Source of the DNA: Octopus bimaculoides | Lineage: Eukaryota | Reading direction: 5' to 3' | Assembly: GCF_001194135.2 (NCBI RefSeq) | Contig: NC_068983.1 | Span: 155,789,385 to 155,827,817 of the forward strand | DNA: 38,433 bases | Shown here: piece after piece, positions 10,843-22,730 of the stretch | How the letters are laid out: every line of letters begins with the position of its first letter | Numbering within the stretch: position 1 is the first letter of the stretch | Notes under the pieces: generated by a model | Told to the model about the DNA's origin: nothing | Database searches by the model: none | Seen by the model: only the letters and a program-made list of their open reading frames with translations | Position numbers and translations under genes: made by a program

Positions 10843-12659
10843 NNNNNNNNNNNNNNNNNNNNNNNNNNNNNNNNNNNNNNNNNNNNNNNNNNNNNNNNNN
10901 NNNNNNNNNNNNNNNNNNNNNNNNNNNNNNNNNNNNNNNNNNNNNNNNNNNNNNNNNNNNNNNNNNNNNNNNNNNNNNNNNNNNNNNNNNNNNNNNNNNN
11001 NNNNNNNNNNNNNNNNNNNNNNNNNNNNNNNNNNNNNNNNNNNNNNNNNNNNNNNNNNNNNNNNNNNNNNNNNNNNNNNNNNNNNNNNNNNNNNNNNNNN
11101 NNNNNNNNNNNNNNNNNNNNNNNNNNNNNNNNNNNNNNNNNNNNNNNNNNNNNNNNNNNNNNNNNNNNNNNNNNNNNNNNNNNNNNNNNNNNNNNNNNNN
11201 NNNNNNNNNNNNNNNNNNNNNNNNNNNNNNNNNNNNNNNNNNNNNNNNNNNNNNNNNNNNNNNNNNNNNNNNNNNNNNNNNNNNNNNNNNNNNNNNNNNN
11301 NNNNNNNNNNNNNNNNNNNNNNNNNNNNNNNNNNNNNNNNNNNNNNNNNNNNNNNNNNNNNNNNNNNNNNNNNNNNNNNNNNNNNNNNNNNNNNNNNNNN
11401 NNNNNNNNNNNNNNNNNNNNNNNNNNNNNNNNNNNNNNNNNNNNNNNNNNNNNNNNNNNNNNNNNNNNNNNNNNNNNNNNNNNNNNNNNNNNNNNNNNNN
11501 NNNNNNNNNNNNNNNNNNNNNNNNNNNNNNNNNNNNNNNNNNNNNNNNNNNNNNNNNNNNNNNNNNNNNNNNNNNNCACCACCACCACCACCACCACCAC
11601 CACCACCAACGTCATCCTTATCCGTTGTCACCACCGCCACCACACCGTCATCCCCATGATCATCATCACTGTCGTCATCGTAGTCGTTGTCATCGACATC
11701 ATCATCAATATTTGTAAAAGAAAAAATGTTAATAATTTGCAAGACCAAGGGAATAAAAAGCTTTATGATGATACACTGAAAAAAACGTCAGAGCCATGTT
11801 TCTTCTCCTCCTCTCCTCCCCTCCCTCCTTATTTTCCTCCTCCTTCCTCTGCTCATCATTATCATTGTTATTGTCAACAGCATCCTTCTTTTCATCGTTT
11901 ACAGATAGCGTCTCTGATATACCAGCAACAAGCAGCATTAGCAACGGGTATCAACATCTTTGAAATTATCAACAAAACAAGAGCCAGAACAACTGGAAAA
12001 AGAAAAAAAAAACAAACAAACAAAAAGAAAAGCAAACATAATCAGCAACAACGAAAAGGAATAAGAAGAATAAAGGTGGGATTTGAGAATTATATTTCTA
12101 GAAAAAAAAAATTAATCAATAATAAAATAGAATATAGAATATTATGTAAAGTTCATTAACAGGTGAAACCTGTGTTAAAAATGTCAAGTGCTTTGTTTAT
12201 AGACATGCTCTTTAAAAAAATTTCAACATGTTTATGATAGTTCTTTTCATGACGAGATAGAGAATTGGGAGAACAGCTGCAACGGACAAAATCAATTGCT
12301 TATTGGATTTGTCGACCGGAAGATCCATCCACCCATCCATCTACTCACCCACCTATCCACCTGCTCATCCAACCAGCCTGCCAGCAAGGCAACCATCTAT
12401 CCATCTATAGACCCCAAGGTCACTAACCTTAATGTCATTCTAGTGTTTCGTCCTCGCTTCTGTCCTATTCTGCTCTCAAAAGGTCATATCCACCATGCAG
12501 AAAATGTATATGTCTCATTGTGTTATTTGTTTGTTTATTTGTGTGTGTGTTTGATTGTTTGTGTGTGTGTATATACATGCGTGTTTGTTTGTTTTATACC
12601 TATTTATGCATATTAAATTCACTAGTCTCTCAACTAGAAGTAGTCTCTCAACTAGAAAA

Positions 12660-12800
12660 AATACAGCCAACTCGCGCTGAAAACACCCTACCATCTTAAA
12701 AATAGAAGTAACTGATGATGTAGTTCTCCATACGTTATGTCTGGTATTCCTTTATCATAGGTTTGCTCAGTGGGACCGGCTTGGGTTAAGCATCATCATC
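12660..12800 (+). mobile_element. Short interspersed repeat remnant (3' tail with CAT/CAA-like end); related copy at 19025-19130 on minus
   Basis: ggtattcctttatcataggtttgctcagtgggaccggcttgggttaagcatcatc resembles the reverse complement of gttgtt..tttaacaccactcagagcttatctaacataactatgaccaaaaatgttcc. Confidence 0.35.
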
Positions 12801-12970
12801 AGTAACAATAGCAAAAGCAACAACGACGTCGCTGACGATGACAATGAAAAGGTCTCAGTACTGCAATTTATGCGATAATTTTAAAAATTAACATAACATT
12901 TCGCTAGGCCGTAATTGTCAGGCAATCACTGAGTTTAGCAAAGACACTTCGCTATCGGTAAGTAAAGATC

Positions 12971-13153
12971 ATAGATGTCGAGGCACGATACATCAAACTG
13001 CCCAGAGATGCGAACTCTGGATGCACAACAGCTGTAGCCCTGCTGCCATCACCAGTTAAGAACTCACTTGAGAAGGATGTCAAGCAAGGAAATAACACCT
13101 CTCCAAAGCTCATTTATACATGTCTCGAAATTGTCATCAAGGATATCGATTGG
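12971..13153 (+). mobile_element. RTE-clade LINE reverse transcriptase fragment
   Basis: Open frame IDVEARYIKLPRDANSGCTTAVALLPSPVKNSLEKDVKQGNNTSPKLIYTCLEIVIKDIDW matches the RTE pattern GVKQGD..SPKLF..CLE.V...DW. Confidence 0.75.
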
Positions 13154-13289
13154 ACATGTAATACCAGTTTGCAAGTTGCATTCTAGTAATCCGTTTTAGA
13201 CGCCCTTAGAGTTATTCTCCCTCTCTCAACTCTTGCATCCTTGATTCAGCAGAACATTCAAAGACTTGACAAATGGAGAGACAGTGGGA

Positions 13290-13440
13290 TGCGTCCCATC
13301 ACTTTGACTGATACTTTATTTTACCCAGCCCGGAAGGATGAAAGGCAAAACTGACTTGTATATGATTCGAACGCACGACGTAAAGAATCGAGACAAATAT
13401 TGCAAAACTTTTTTCCGGTACCTAAGCAATTGCTCTAATC
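13290..13440 (-). mobile_element. Old copy of the tRNA-SINE family seen at 1804-2523
   Basis: ccggaaggatgaaaggcaaaactgac (reverse central domain) and gattcgaacgc (reverse B box). Confidence 0.6.
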
Positions 13441-13444
13441 TATA

Positions 13445-13545
13445 GTCATTTTATCGATTTGGAAGACTGAGAGGCGAAGTTGGAAATTGGAACCCAGAAT
13501 GTAAGCCAGAACAAATACAATATATTTTCTTGATACCGTAATGGT
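13445..13545 (-). mobile_element. Second, more decayed copy of the same SINE family
   Basis: tttatcgatttggaagactgagaggcgaagttg..gaaattggaacccagaatgtaag. Confidence 0.45.
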
Positions 13546-14478
13546 TCAACCAATTAATCGCTTTAAAACCGTATTTCACAGTGCTCATACCACAATCTAT
13601 ACCTGGTGGGTTGGGCAGTAACGTCCATATTGTAAAACTAACGGTTAGGCATTTCATTAACAAGAAATACTGAGTAAATATACTCTCAGAGATGTCTAGA
13701 GAGAAGAGGGGTACATCAGAATAAATCAATCAGTGATATTTTGGTGGGATAGAGTAGGGCTTTGTCCAAGGTGAAAAGAATTATGGATAATTGGTCTTTA
13801 CAACTAAATTAAACTACTGTTAATTAAAGTTTGATGATATTAATGTGTTTGATGATGAGGTTACAATTCCGAATGTTCGTATTTGAAATGGGAAAAAGTT
13901 GTACAAAGGAAATATTCCAGAGATATGCAGTCCTAGAAAGGAATCTGTGAATAAATTACTAAGTGTAGTAGAAATGAGACTATATATTATTAGTATTAGT
14001 AATTAATGGAGATAATGATAGTGGTAGTGGTGATAGCAGTGTGGGGGACGGTTGGTTTTGGCAGTGAGACGGTGTTTAGCTTCATATCAAACCTGATTAA
14101 GCAAACTTGCGTTCAAGACTATTGTATAATATACATTTTTTCTTGGATTATATAATCCTGAATTCAGGTTTCCCTATTTTAAAAAGAGAATTGGACGTGT
14201 TGTAAAGAAGATATGCTGCTCGTTTAATAGTACGGCCACCACTGCTCACTGGCACGCTAACGGATTCAATAGGGTGAAGAAGGTCATGGGTTAGGGTTGT
14301 TATGGTAAATAAAGCACTCTTTCAGTTGCAAGATCAATATGAAAGAAAGCACCAACGACACTTTTAACATCCAGTGATCAATTACAGAACGAAGCGCATT
14401 TTAATCAAGCAACACAAAGAAAATGCAATCTATGGAGTTTTGAAAAATAACATACACATCATAAACGCACAAACGATT

Positions 14479-14695
14479 GAGGCAGCGATCACTGAGGCAG
14501 CGATCACTGAGGTAGCGATCACTGAGGTAGTTGTAACTGAGGCAGCTATCACTGAGGTAGTTGTAACTGAGGCAGCTATCACTGAGGCAGCTATCACTGA
14601 GGTAGTTGTAACTGAGGCAGCTATCACTGAGGTAGTTGTAACTGAGGCAGCTATCACTGAGGCAGCTATCACTGAGGTAGTTGTAACTGAGGCAG
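14479..14695. repeat. 15-bp minisatellite with two unit variants, running into an 842-bp gap
   Basis: Units A gaggcagctatcact and B gaggtagttgtaact; 14 full units counted. Confidence 0.95.
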
Positions 14696-15711
14696 NNNNN
14701 NNNNNNNNNNNNNNNNNNNNNNNNNNNNNNNNNNNNNNNNNNNNNNNNNNNNNNNNNNNNNNNNNNNNNNNNNNNNNNNNNNNNNNNNNNNNNNNNNNNN
14801 NNNNNNNNNNNNNNNNNNNNNNNNNNNNNNNNNNNNNNNNNNNNNNNNNNNNNNNNNNNNNNNNNNNNNNNNNNNNNNNNNNNNNNNNNNNNNNNNNNNN
14901 NNNNNNNNNNNNNNNNNNNNNNNNNNNNNNNNNNNNNNNNNNNNNNNNNNNNNNNNNNNNNNNNNNNNNNNNNNNNNNNNNNNNNNNNNNNNNNNNNNNN
15001 NNNNNNNNNNNNNNNNNNNNNNNNNNNNNNNNNNNNNNNNNNNNNNNNNNNNNNNNNNNNNNNNNNNNNNNNNNNNNNNNNNNNNNNNNNNNNNNNNNNN
15101 NNNNNNNNNNNNNNNNNNNNNNNNNNNNNNNNNNNNNNNNNNNNNNNNNNNNNNNNNNNNNNNNNNNNNNNNNNNNNNNNNNNNNNNNNNNNNNNNNNNN
15201 NNNNNNNNNNNNNNNNNNNNNNNNNNNNNNNNNNNNNNNNNNNNNNNNNNNNNNNNNNNNNNNNNNNNNNNNNNNNNNNNNNNNNNNNNNNNNNNNNNNN
15301 NNNNNNNNNNNNNNNNNNNNNNNNNNNNNNNNNNNNNNNNNNNNNNNNNNNNNNNNNNNNNNNNNNNNNNNNNNNNNNNNNNNNNNNNNNNNNNNNNNNN
15401 NNNNNNNNNNNNNNNNNNNNNNNNNNNNNNNNNNNNNNNNNNNNNNNNNNNNNNNNNNNNNNNNNNNNNNNNNNNNNNNNNNNNNNNNNNNNNNNNNNNN
15501 NNNNNNNNNNNNNNNNNNNNNNNNNNNNNNNNNNNNNAAAACACTTAATAATTTGAAAATACTAGAAAGTGAACAACTGTAGCTATATCGCGTGCGCGTG
15601 TGTGTGTTTGGGTAGAAAGATTTTCTTGAAAATCATTATTTGAAAAACGAACCTGAGAAAAAACAGAATGGCCCGATATTTTTGGAATGAAGTTTTTATA
15701 TTGCAATAAGC

Positions 15712-15757
<46 letters not shown>

Positions 15758-15879
15758 AACGTTCTCTGTAGGACAAACCCGCTGTAGTTCAGGCTTCCGC
15801 GGCTAGAATCCACTTGATGTGGTCTTCAGGTATCAGTCTGCCGACTGGCGTCGTTGAGTTAGGTCATATTGTCACATGG

Positions 15880-16068
15880 TGTGTCTTTGTTATGCAGTGT
15901 TCATCGATTTTGCGGTGGCTAAAACGAAGGAACTGCATGCTTCTTTGAAATTCTGTTTTCTACGAGAGAAAATGACGGCCGATACAATTTTCATGCTTCA
16001 AACAGCTTACAAGGACGTTGCCATGAGCAAAACACAAGTTTATGAGTGGTTTTTACGCTTTAGGAATG
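15880..16068 (+). mobile_element. Mariner transposase N-terminal (HTH) fragment
   Basis: KFCFLREKMTADTIFMLQTAYKDVAMSKTQVYEWFLRFRN matches the mariner KFC..LGK.A.ET..ML..AY....MS...VYEW..RF motif. Confidence 0.85.
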
Positions 16069-16570
16069 CTAGTGGCCTCTCTACTATCTCACTGGCCCAA
16101 TCTTTTCTCCGCTTGATGTTGGCTTCTTTCTTGGTGCTCTGCCATAGTAACCAAGTTTGTGGAGAAACCTGACTGCTGTTCTGGGACTGACATCAACTTG
16201 TTGTTCTGCTATGTCAGAGGCCTTCCAACAAGGATTATCCTCCACGCTTCTCTTAACAAAGAGAAGGGTCTTGTCAGAGGTCCCTGATTGATCTGGGCTA
16301 GGTGATGTGGACTCCTCCTCCCTGATGAAATTGCACAATCACTCTATTAACTGGAGAAAACGGGATTCCAATTTTTTCAGAATGACCCACAATGCGGTCT
16401 CTTTGGAATTCAGAAATTTCTAAGGTTTACGTGGCATGATTAAAAAAAAATCAGATATAGAACCTGAAACCTAAAAATATCAAATAATTAAATTATAAAC
16501 CCTCTACAAATTAGAATAAACATAAAACGATGTTTTTATGGGGTGTCTATTTACTTCTGTCATGTCTGTG
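16064..16570 (-). mobile_element. Tc1-family element 5' half (left TIR plus DNA-binding domain)
   Basis: TA-cacagacatg..aaatagacacccc putative TIR at 16570; ATG at 16437 (MPRK, then frameshifted EISEFQRDRIVG); VKRSVEDNP..ASDIA..VSPRTAVRFLHKLGYYGRAPRKKP; ANIKRRKDWASE. Confidence 0.85.
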
Positions 16571-17054
16571 TATATGCAAATATACACACTCACATGGCTG
16601 AACCCAGTAAAATTATTAAAAAATTTCAAAAATCGGTAAAAGATGATACACACACAGTCACACTCAGATACACACACAGAGACACACACACACATAGGTA
16701 TATATTCCCTGTCACTGTCATTTTCCTCTGTATTGAAGCAGTCTTTTCTACTCCACTACAAAAAGACTTTGTGAAACGTCAGAACACACTCCACCGATTA
16801 TATACGGCCACAAGGAACTTATAACGTTACTAATACTTAGAAGCTTTTCAGACATAGCTACGCTCCCACCTCCGCACCATATAAGTCACGGCTAATCTGT
16901 TATTTTTGCTTCACCCTCTCCGTCATCTCTGTCTGTAACCTGTAAAATACACACACGCCCACACACACCAACTCTCTCTCACACATACATATATACATAC
17001 ATACACACATGCAGTGGGCTACATTGAGATTCTGTTTGTCAAATAGAATCACAC

Positions 17055-17167
17055 ATCTGTGGTCGCCCCGAGTAGAAAACACTTGTGGAAAGCGTGGCAT
17101 TGTGGAATTGAACTCAGGACTACAAATTTAGAAAATAAGTACCTAAGCCACACAGCCAAGCCAAACC
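17055..17167 (-). mobile_element. tRNA-derived SINE with CORE-like domain, truncated
   Basis: A box tggctgtgtgg (17158-17148), B box gagttcaattcc (17115-17104), then gccacgctttccacaagtgttttctact; same family as 38250-38415. Confidence 0.7.
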
Positions 17168-17211
17168 TTATAATCGGGTATATAGGCATATATACGACTG
17201 TGTAGATAAAC

Positions 17212-17221
<10 letters not shown>

Positions 17222-17300
<79 letters not shown>
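17222..17300. repeat. (AT)n microsatellite
   Basis: Direct inspection. Confidence 0.95.
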
Positions 17301-17302
<2 letters not shown>

Positions 17303-17712
17303 AATAAACATTCACGACTACCTAACTGATATCGTCTGCATTCCAAAGTAGAAGCCATATCAGAGACCAGTTCATTCTATATAAGAGAGAAATCTTAATA
17401 AATATAATACGAATATGCATAAGTGTTCTCTGATATATCTAACGTCTAAGGCACAACATTCAAATAAAAGACACTTTCAATGCTTAAGTGGTATAGATAT
17501 ATATGTTAATGCATTGAATAGCTACAAAGCATTTGTTTATATCTATTTGTGAGGGATTTTGTAGGTTTAACTCCTCAGACTTTTTAATGATCTTCTGATT
17601 ATGAGTTCTATGTGTAGTCGACATGAAAGGTCGTGCTGCAAGTCTCATTCACTGTCGTTGATATACGAGCCGACACTCTTCTCTTTCTTCTTCCTTCTCC
17701 ATATCTCTCTTT

Positions 17713-17744
<32 letters not shown>

Positions 17745-19699
17745 NNNNNNNNNNNNNNNNNNNNNNNNNNNNNNNNNNNNNNNNNNNNNNNNNNNNNNNN
17801 NNNNNNNNNNNNNNNNNNNNNNNNNNNNNNNNNNNNNNNNNNNNNNNNNNNNNNNNNNNNNNNNNNNNNNNNNNNNNNNNNNNNNNNNNNNNNNNNNNNN
17901 NNNNNNNNNNNNNNNNNNNNNNNNNNNNNNNNNNNNNNNNNNNNNNNNNNNNNNNNNNNNNNNNNNNNNNNNNNNNNNNNNNNNNNNNNNNNNNNNNNNN
18001 NNNNNNNNNNNNNNNNNNNNNNNNNNNNNNNNNNNNNNNNNNNNNNNNNNNNNNNNNNNNNNNNNNNNNNNNNNNNNNNNNNNNNNNNNNNNNNNNNNNN
18101 NNNNNNNNNNNNNNNNNNNNNNNNNNNNNNNNNNNNNNNNNNNNNNNNNNNNNNNNNNNNNNNNNNNNNNNNNNNNNNNNNNNNNNNNNNNNNNNNNNNN
18201 NNNNNNNNNNNNNNNNNNNNNNNNNNNNNNNNNNNNNNNNNNNNNNNNNNNNNNNNNNNNNNNNNNNNNNNNNNNNNNNNNNNNNNNNNNNNNNNNNNNN
18301 NNNNNNNNNNNNNNNNNNNNNNNNNNNNNNNNNNNNNNNNNNNNNNNNNNNNNNNNNNNNNNNNNNNNNNNNNNNNNNNNNNNNNNNNNNNNNNNNNNNN
18401 NNNNNNNNNNNNNNNNNNNNNNNNNNNNNNNNNNNNNNNNNNNNNNNNNNNNNNNNNNNNNNNNNNNNNNNNNNNNNNNNNNNNNNNNNNNNNNNNNNNN
18501 NNNNNNNNNNNNNNNNNNNNNNNNNNNNNNNNNNNNNNNNNNNNNNNNNNNNNNNNNNNNNNNNNNNNNNNNNNNNNNNNNNNNNNNNNNNNNNNNNNNN
18601 NNNNNNNNNNNNNNNNNNNNNNNNNNNNNNNNNNNNNNNNNNNNNNNNNNNNNNNNNNNNNNNNNNNNNNNNNNNNNNNNNNNNNNNNNNNNNNNNNNNN
18701 NNNNNNNNNNNNNNNNNNNNNNNNNNNTATATATATATATATATATATATGGATGTAAGCATGTATATATGTGTGAGTATATTTATATTTACATACGCGT
18801 ATGAGCGTGTGCCCGTGATTGCCTGTCCGCGCCACCGTGCGTGTTTGTGTGTATGTATGTATATGTGTGTGTGTTTGTGTGTAGTTATATTTATATGTAT
18901 TCATAAAGAGAAAATTTAAGTAGATAGTTGGAGCAGAACACGATATTTAGGTGACAGTGTTTTCTTGCGTTTTAGTCATGCTATATATTACATATTAGAT
19001 CTTACAATGCTGCTATTTTTGCAGTTGTTGTTATTGATGTTTAACACCACTCAGAGCTTATCTAACATAACTATGACCAAAAATGTTCCATCCTCTATCA
19101 TTCTGTCGTTTTTTTTATAACACTTTCCCTTCTTTCTTTTAAGACGATTGCGTTTGATATGTAAGATACTTAACTGCATTTCTTAGCAAGTCCAGCAACT
19201 TGTATTGGCTGAGTTTTGGGATTGTGCATACTGCGATTGTGTATGTGGGTGCATCATATGTTTCAGAGCATTTAAAAGCATATTGCTTTATCCTTGTCTA
19301 TAATTGGTTTATTGATTCCTGCTTTGATCTCTGTTCAAGTCAGCTCAGCTTTCAGCTCAAACCAGCATATCTTTATGATCATGTAATACAGATCGATACA
19401 CATAATTGATGAAAAAATTTGGCAGCATGTTTCCTATTCTCTGATCAAATCCTACGCATAAATATATAATGTCTGCATATGGAATATAAGAAAAAATAAT
19501 ATACGAACCACAGGCAAAAGCGCAAGAAATTTTGAGATTAGAGATATTCGGATGTTTCATCAAATTAAGCAAGTATGTAAACTTACATGAAACAGCCTTG
19601 CTCTGTTCAGTTATGTCTCTAAACCGTTAGCTCCGCCGCTAGTGTAACACTGTTCAAAACATCTCGGCCCGTGCTGCTACTACACTTACAATTTTACTG

Positions 19700-20050
19700 A
19701 TTATACAAAACCCAGGAGACTAATTAACAAAGATTCCTTCGCATAGATACAACAAGCGTTGTAAGCTTAAACAGCCTTTCGCAACGTTCACAGAACAGTC
19801 TTGCATCTGAAGCAAGCTTGCTGCAAACCGTCACCACTCTGACCCACTCGACGCAACCTTGTCATCCTCTCTTCAGTCGTAGAATGTGACACCAAGAAGC
19901 CCTATGCTGCTCACATCCCGCCCCTCTAATACTTCCCCGTAGAACATTGGCTGTCTGGAGATATATTACAGAATTTCCTGCAGATGAGTTATGGGCACAC
20001 AAACATTCTCTTCGTCAGCCTCATAAATTTTAAGGGTCCTAATATAGTAA
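19700..20050 (+). mobile_element. Possible decayed Jockey/CR1-group LINE 3' end
   Basis: Broken fragments TRR..HP..FPRRTLAVW..FP..FKG resemble the LINE C-terminal R.TR..HP..FFPRT..WN.LP..FK pattern. Confidence 0.35.
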
Positions 20051-20786
20051 TCCCACCTTAGTCTTATGAAGCTCATAAGATGACTAACAGTAAGAAGGGA
20101 AAAAGAGACAACTGAATCAAATTGAAATAGCACACGGCATTTCCGTTCGACTCACCGGATTCTGCGATTAACGGTGATGTATATTTTCTGTCCCTCAAAT
20201 TCAACTCACATCGATCCCTTTAGACTACAATAGAACATACTAGCTCAAAGTAATACGCAATATAATGGAATCTTAGAGAATGGTACTGCAAAGCAAACCT
20301 CATTTTTTCATTGTTAAACACTCATAGAACTAAGAAAATAAAACAAAAAGAATTTCTACAAAATAACGGCGAAATCGTGACGCAAATGAAATATTGTAAC
20401 ACGAGTAAAACTAATTACTTTAGCATTTAAATAAAAAGATAAACTAAATATTAAACAAGCAGAGCCGAATCGGAAAAACCTATTGATGTTCTGCTGGGCA
20501 TAATTAAAACGGTGAACATCCTTGAAATTAGGTAAGTTCGTTTATCGTTAAGATATGACATTTGGCTTATAGTTATTCTTTGGAAAAATTACTCGATATA
20601 TCCTTCGAGTTATTCTTTGAACAAAACTTGTCTATTAGAATCACTCTGTATCGACTTGGATACTCATACGTACGTAACCATTCATATATAAACACATAAA
20701 AAATGGCATTTATTAATATGTTTGTGTTTACCTATGTGAAAGCGGTTGCGTGCGTATGTATTTGCATAAATATATGTGTATATATT

Positions 20787-20825
<39 letters not shown>

Positions 20826-20940
20826 ACGCACATATACATATATACATATACATGCATTTATATGTTTGCGTATACATATATATATACATATACATTCATA
20901 CATATGAATTTATATACATAATCATAAATATATATATATA

Positions 20941-20943
<3 letters not shown>

Positions 20944-20977
<34 letters not shown>
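20944..20977. repeat. (TG)n microsatellite within AT/ATAC-rich tract 20760-21060
   Basis: Direct inspection. Confidence 0.9.
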
Positions 20978-20979
<2 letters not shown>

Positions 20980-22374
20980 GCATACATTATATACACATAC
21001 ACAGATGTATGTATATATTTATGTATATATGTATGTATGTGCATGCGTATGTGAGCATGTATGTATGCAAACTCTTAAATTGATGTGTAAATTGTCTATA
21101 CGCATATACAGTCAACCTGCTGCTGACAGGGTCAATGGCTTAGTAAAGAATTTTGACATGGAAACTTTCCATTTATATATCTATACTTCTGATAGAATCC
21201 TACAGAGGTTTTTATAACTAAGCATACATATATGAATAGACTGACTATCAGATAGATCGACGTAGTTTGGCATAAAGATACCGATATAAATGCAAAAAAA
21301 TATATACATAGATATAAGTAAATACAATACGAAAAGAAACAGGAACAGCGAGAGCGAGACACGACTTTGGAAAAAAGTACGACAAGCATATAACTTTAAA
21401 TAAGACATTGATAGGTCTATATAAGAAGTAGATAAAGTGAAAGACACATAGATGTATTTATATATGTGTATGTATTTATGTGTACATCTATCTGTCTATC
21501 TATTTACATACAACGGACACACATACATATGTATACATGTATGTGCGTGTATATGCATATCCCTCTCTCAATCCCCCTTCCCTCTCTTATACCCACCCTC
21601 TCTCCTCTCTTCCTCTCCCCTCCCATACCCATCTTCCCCCTCTCTTACATCCACCTTCCCCTTCTCCCTCCTCGTCAACACCCCCTNNNNNNNNNNNNNN
21701 NNNNNNNNNNNNNNNNNNNNNNNNNNNNNNNNNNNNNNNNNNNNNNNNNNNNNNNNNNNNNNNNNNNNNNNNNNNNNNNNNNNNNNNNNNNNNNNNNNNN
21801 NNNNNNNNNNNNNNNNNNNNNNNNNNNNNNNNNNNNNNNNNNNNNNNNNNNNNNNNNNNNNNNNNNNNNNNNNNNNNNNNNNNNNNNNNNNNNNNNNNNN
21901 NNNNNNNNNNNNNNNNNNNNNNNNNNNNNNNNNNNNNNNNNNNNNNNNNNNNNNNNNNNNNNNNNNNNNNNNNNNNNNNNNNNNNNNNNNNNNNNNNNNN
22001 NNNNNNNNNNNNNNNNNNNNNNNNNNNNNNNNNNNNNNNNNNNNNNNNNNNNNNNNNNNNNNNNNNNNNNNNNNNNNNNNNNNNNNNNNNNNNNNNNNNN
22101 NNNNNNNNNNNNNNNNNNNNNNNNNNNNNNNNNNNNNNNNNNNNNNNNNNNNNNNNNNNNNNNNNNNNNNNNNNNNNNNNNNNNNNNNNNNNNNNNNNNN
22201 NNNNNNNNNNNNNNNNNNNNNNNNNNNNNNNNNNNNNNNNNNNNNNNNNNNNNNACATGGACACGCACGCATAACATAGAGACACACACGCAGATACAAA
22301 CATACTCATATAGACTAGTAGATTGACAATAAAATTCATAAACAAATAGAACCGAAGACAGAATGAGAATCTGT

Positions 22375-22547
22375 TACTAGTTTACTTATATTATTTACGT
22401 TATTTACATTTGACGGATATTTGTCCTCATCTTGTTTGTTGTTAACACAACGTTTCGGCTGATATACCCTCCAACCTTCATCAGGTGCCTTGGGGAAATT
22501 TCGAACCTGGGTTCTCATTCGTAAGGTATTTTTCGATGTTGCTGTTG

Positions 22548-22612
<65 letters not shown>

Positions 22613-22730
22613 ATGATTATTATTATTATTATTACTACTATTACTATTATTATTATTATTATGATTATTATTATGCAGGCTACTGCCTGGAATCGAACTC
22701 GGAAACTTGGGGTTAGTAACCATATGCCCA
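22375..22730 (-). mobile_element. Composite SINE: tRNA head + (AAT)n + hammerhead module + (ATGTAAATA)-like tail
   Basis: Minus strand: gtgggcatatggttactaaccccaagtttccGAGTTCGATTCCaggcagtagcc-(aat)n ~125 bp-catcgaaaaatacc..gagaacccaggttcgaaatttccccaaggcac-CTGATGA..GAAACGTT-gtgttaacaacaaacaagatgaggacaaatatccgtcaaatgtaaataacgtaaataa. Confidence 0.8.
22444..22489 (-). ncRNA. Minimal type-I hammerhead ribozyme (PLE type)
   Basis: ggcac-CTGATGA-a-GGTTG-gagggtatat-CAGCC-GAAA-C-GTT-gtgtt: intact core, 5-bp stem II, 5-bp stem I with G.U pairs, palindromic AACGUU helix III. Confidence 0.75.

Noticed and set aside
12620-12658. 18-bp tandem duplication tagtctctcaactagaa
   Set aside because: Ordinary local duplication; no further structure.
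14479-14695. CRISPR-like array
   Set aside because: No unique spacers, eukaryotic context; it is a minisatellite.
15805-15830. Minus-strand CTGAAGA-ccac-atcaa-gtgg as a hammerhead
   Set aside because: The hairpin is followed by attc rather than GAAA and no cleavage triplet or stem I is present.
20462-20536. Possible small exon ending in AG|GTAAGT (frame AESEKPIDVLLGIIKTVNILEI)
   Set aside because: No polypyrimidine tract at the acceptor, no recognisable homology, no partner exons.
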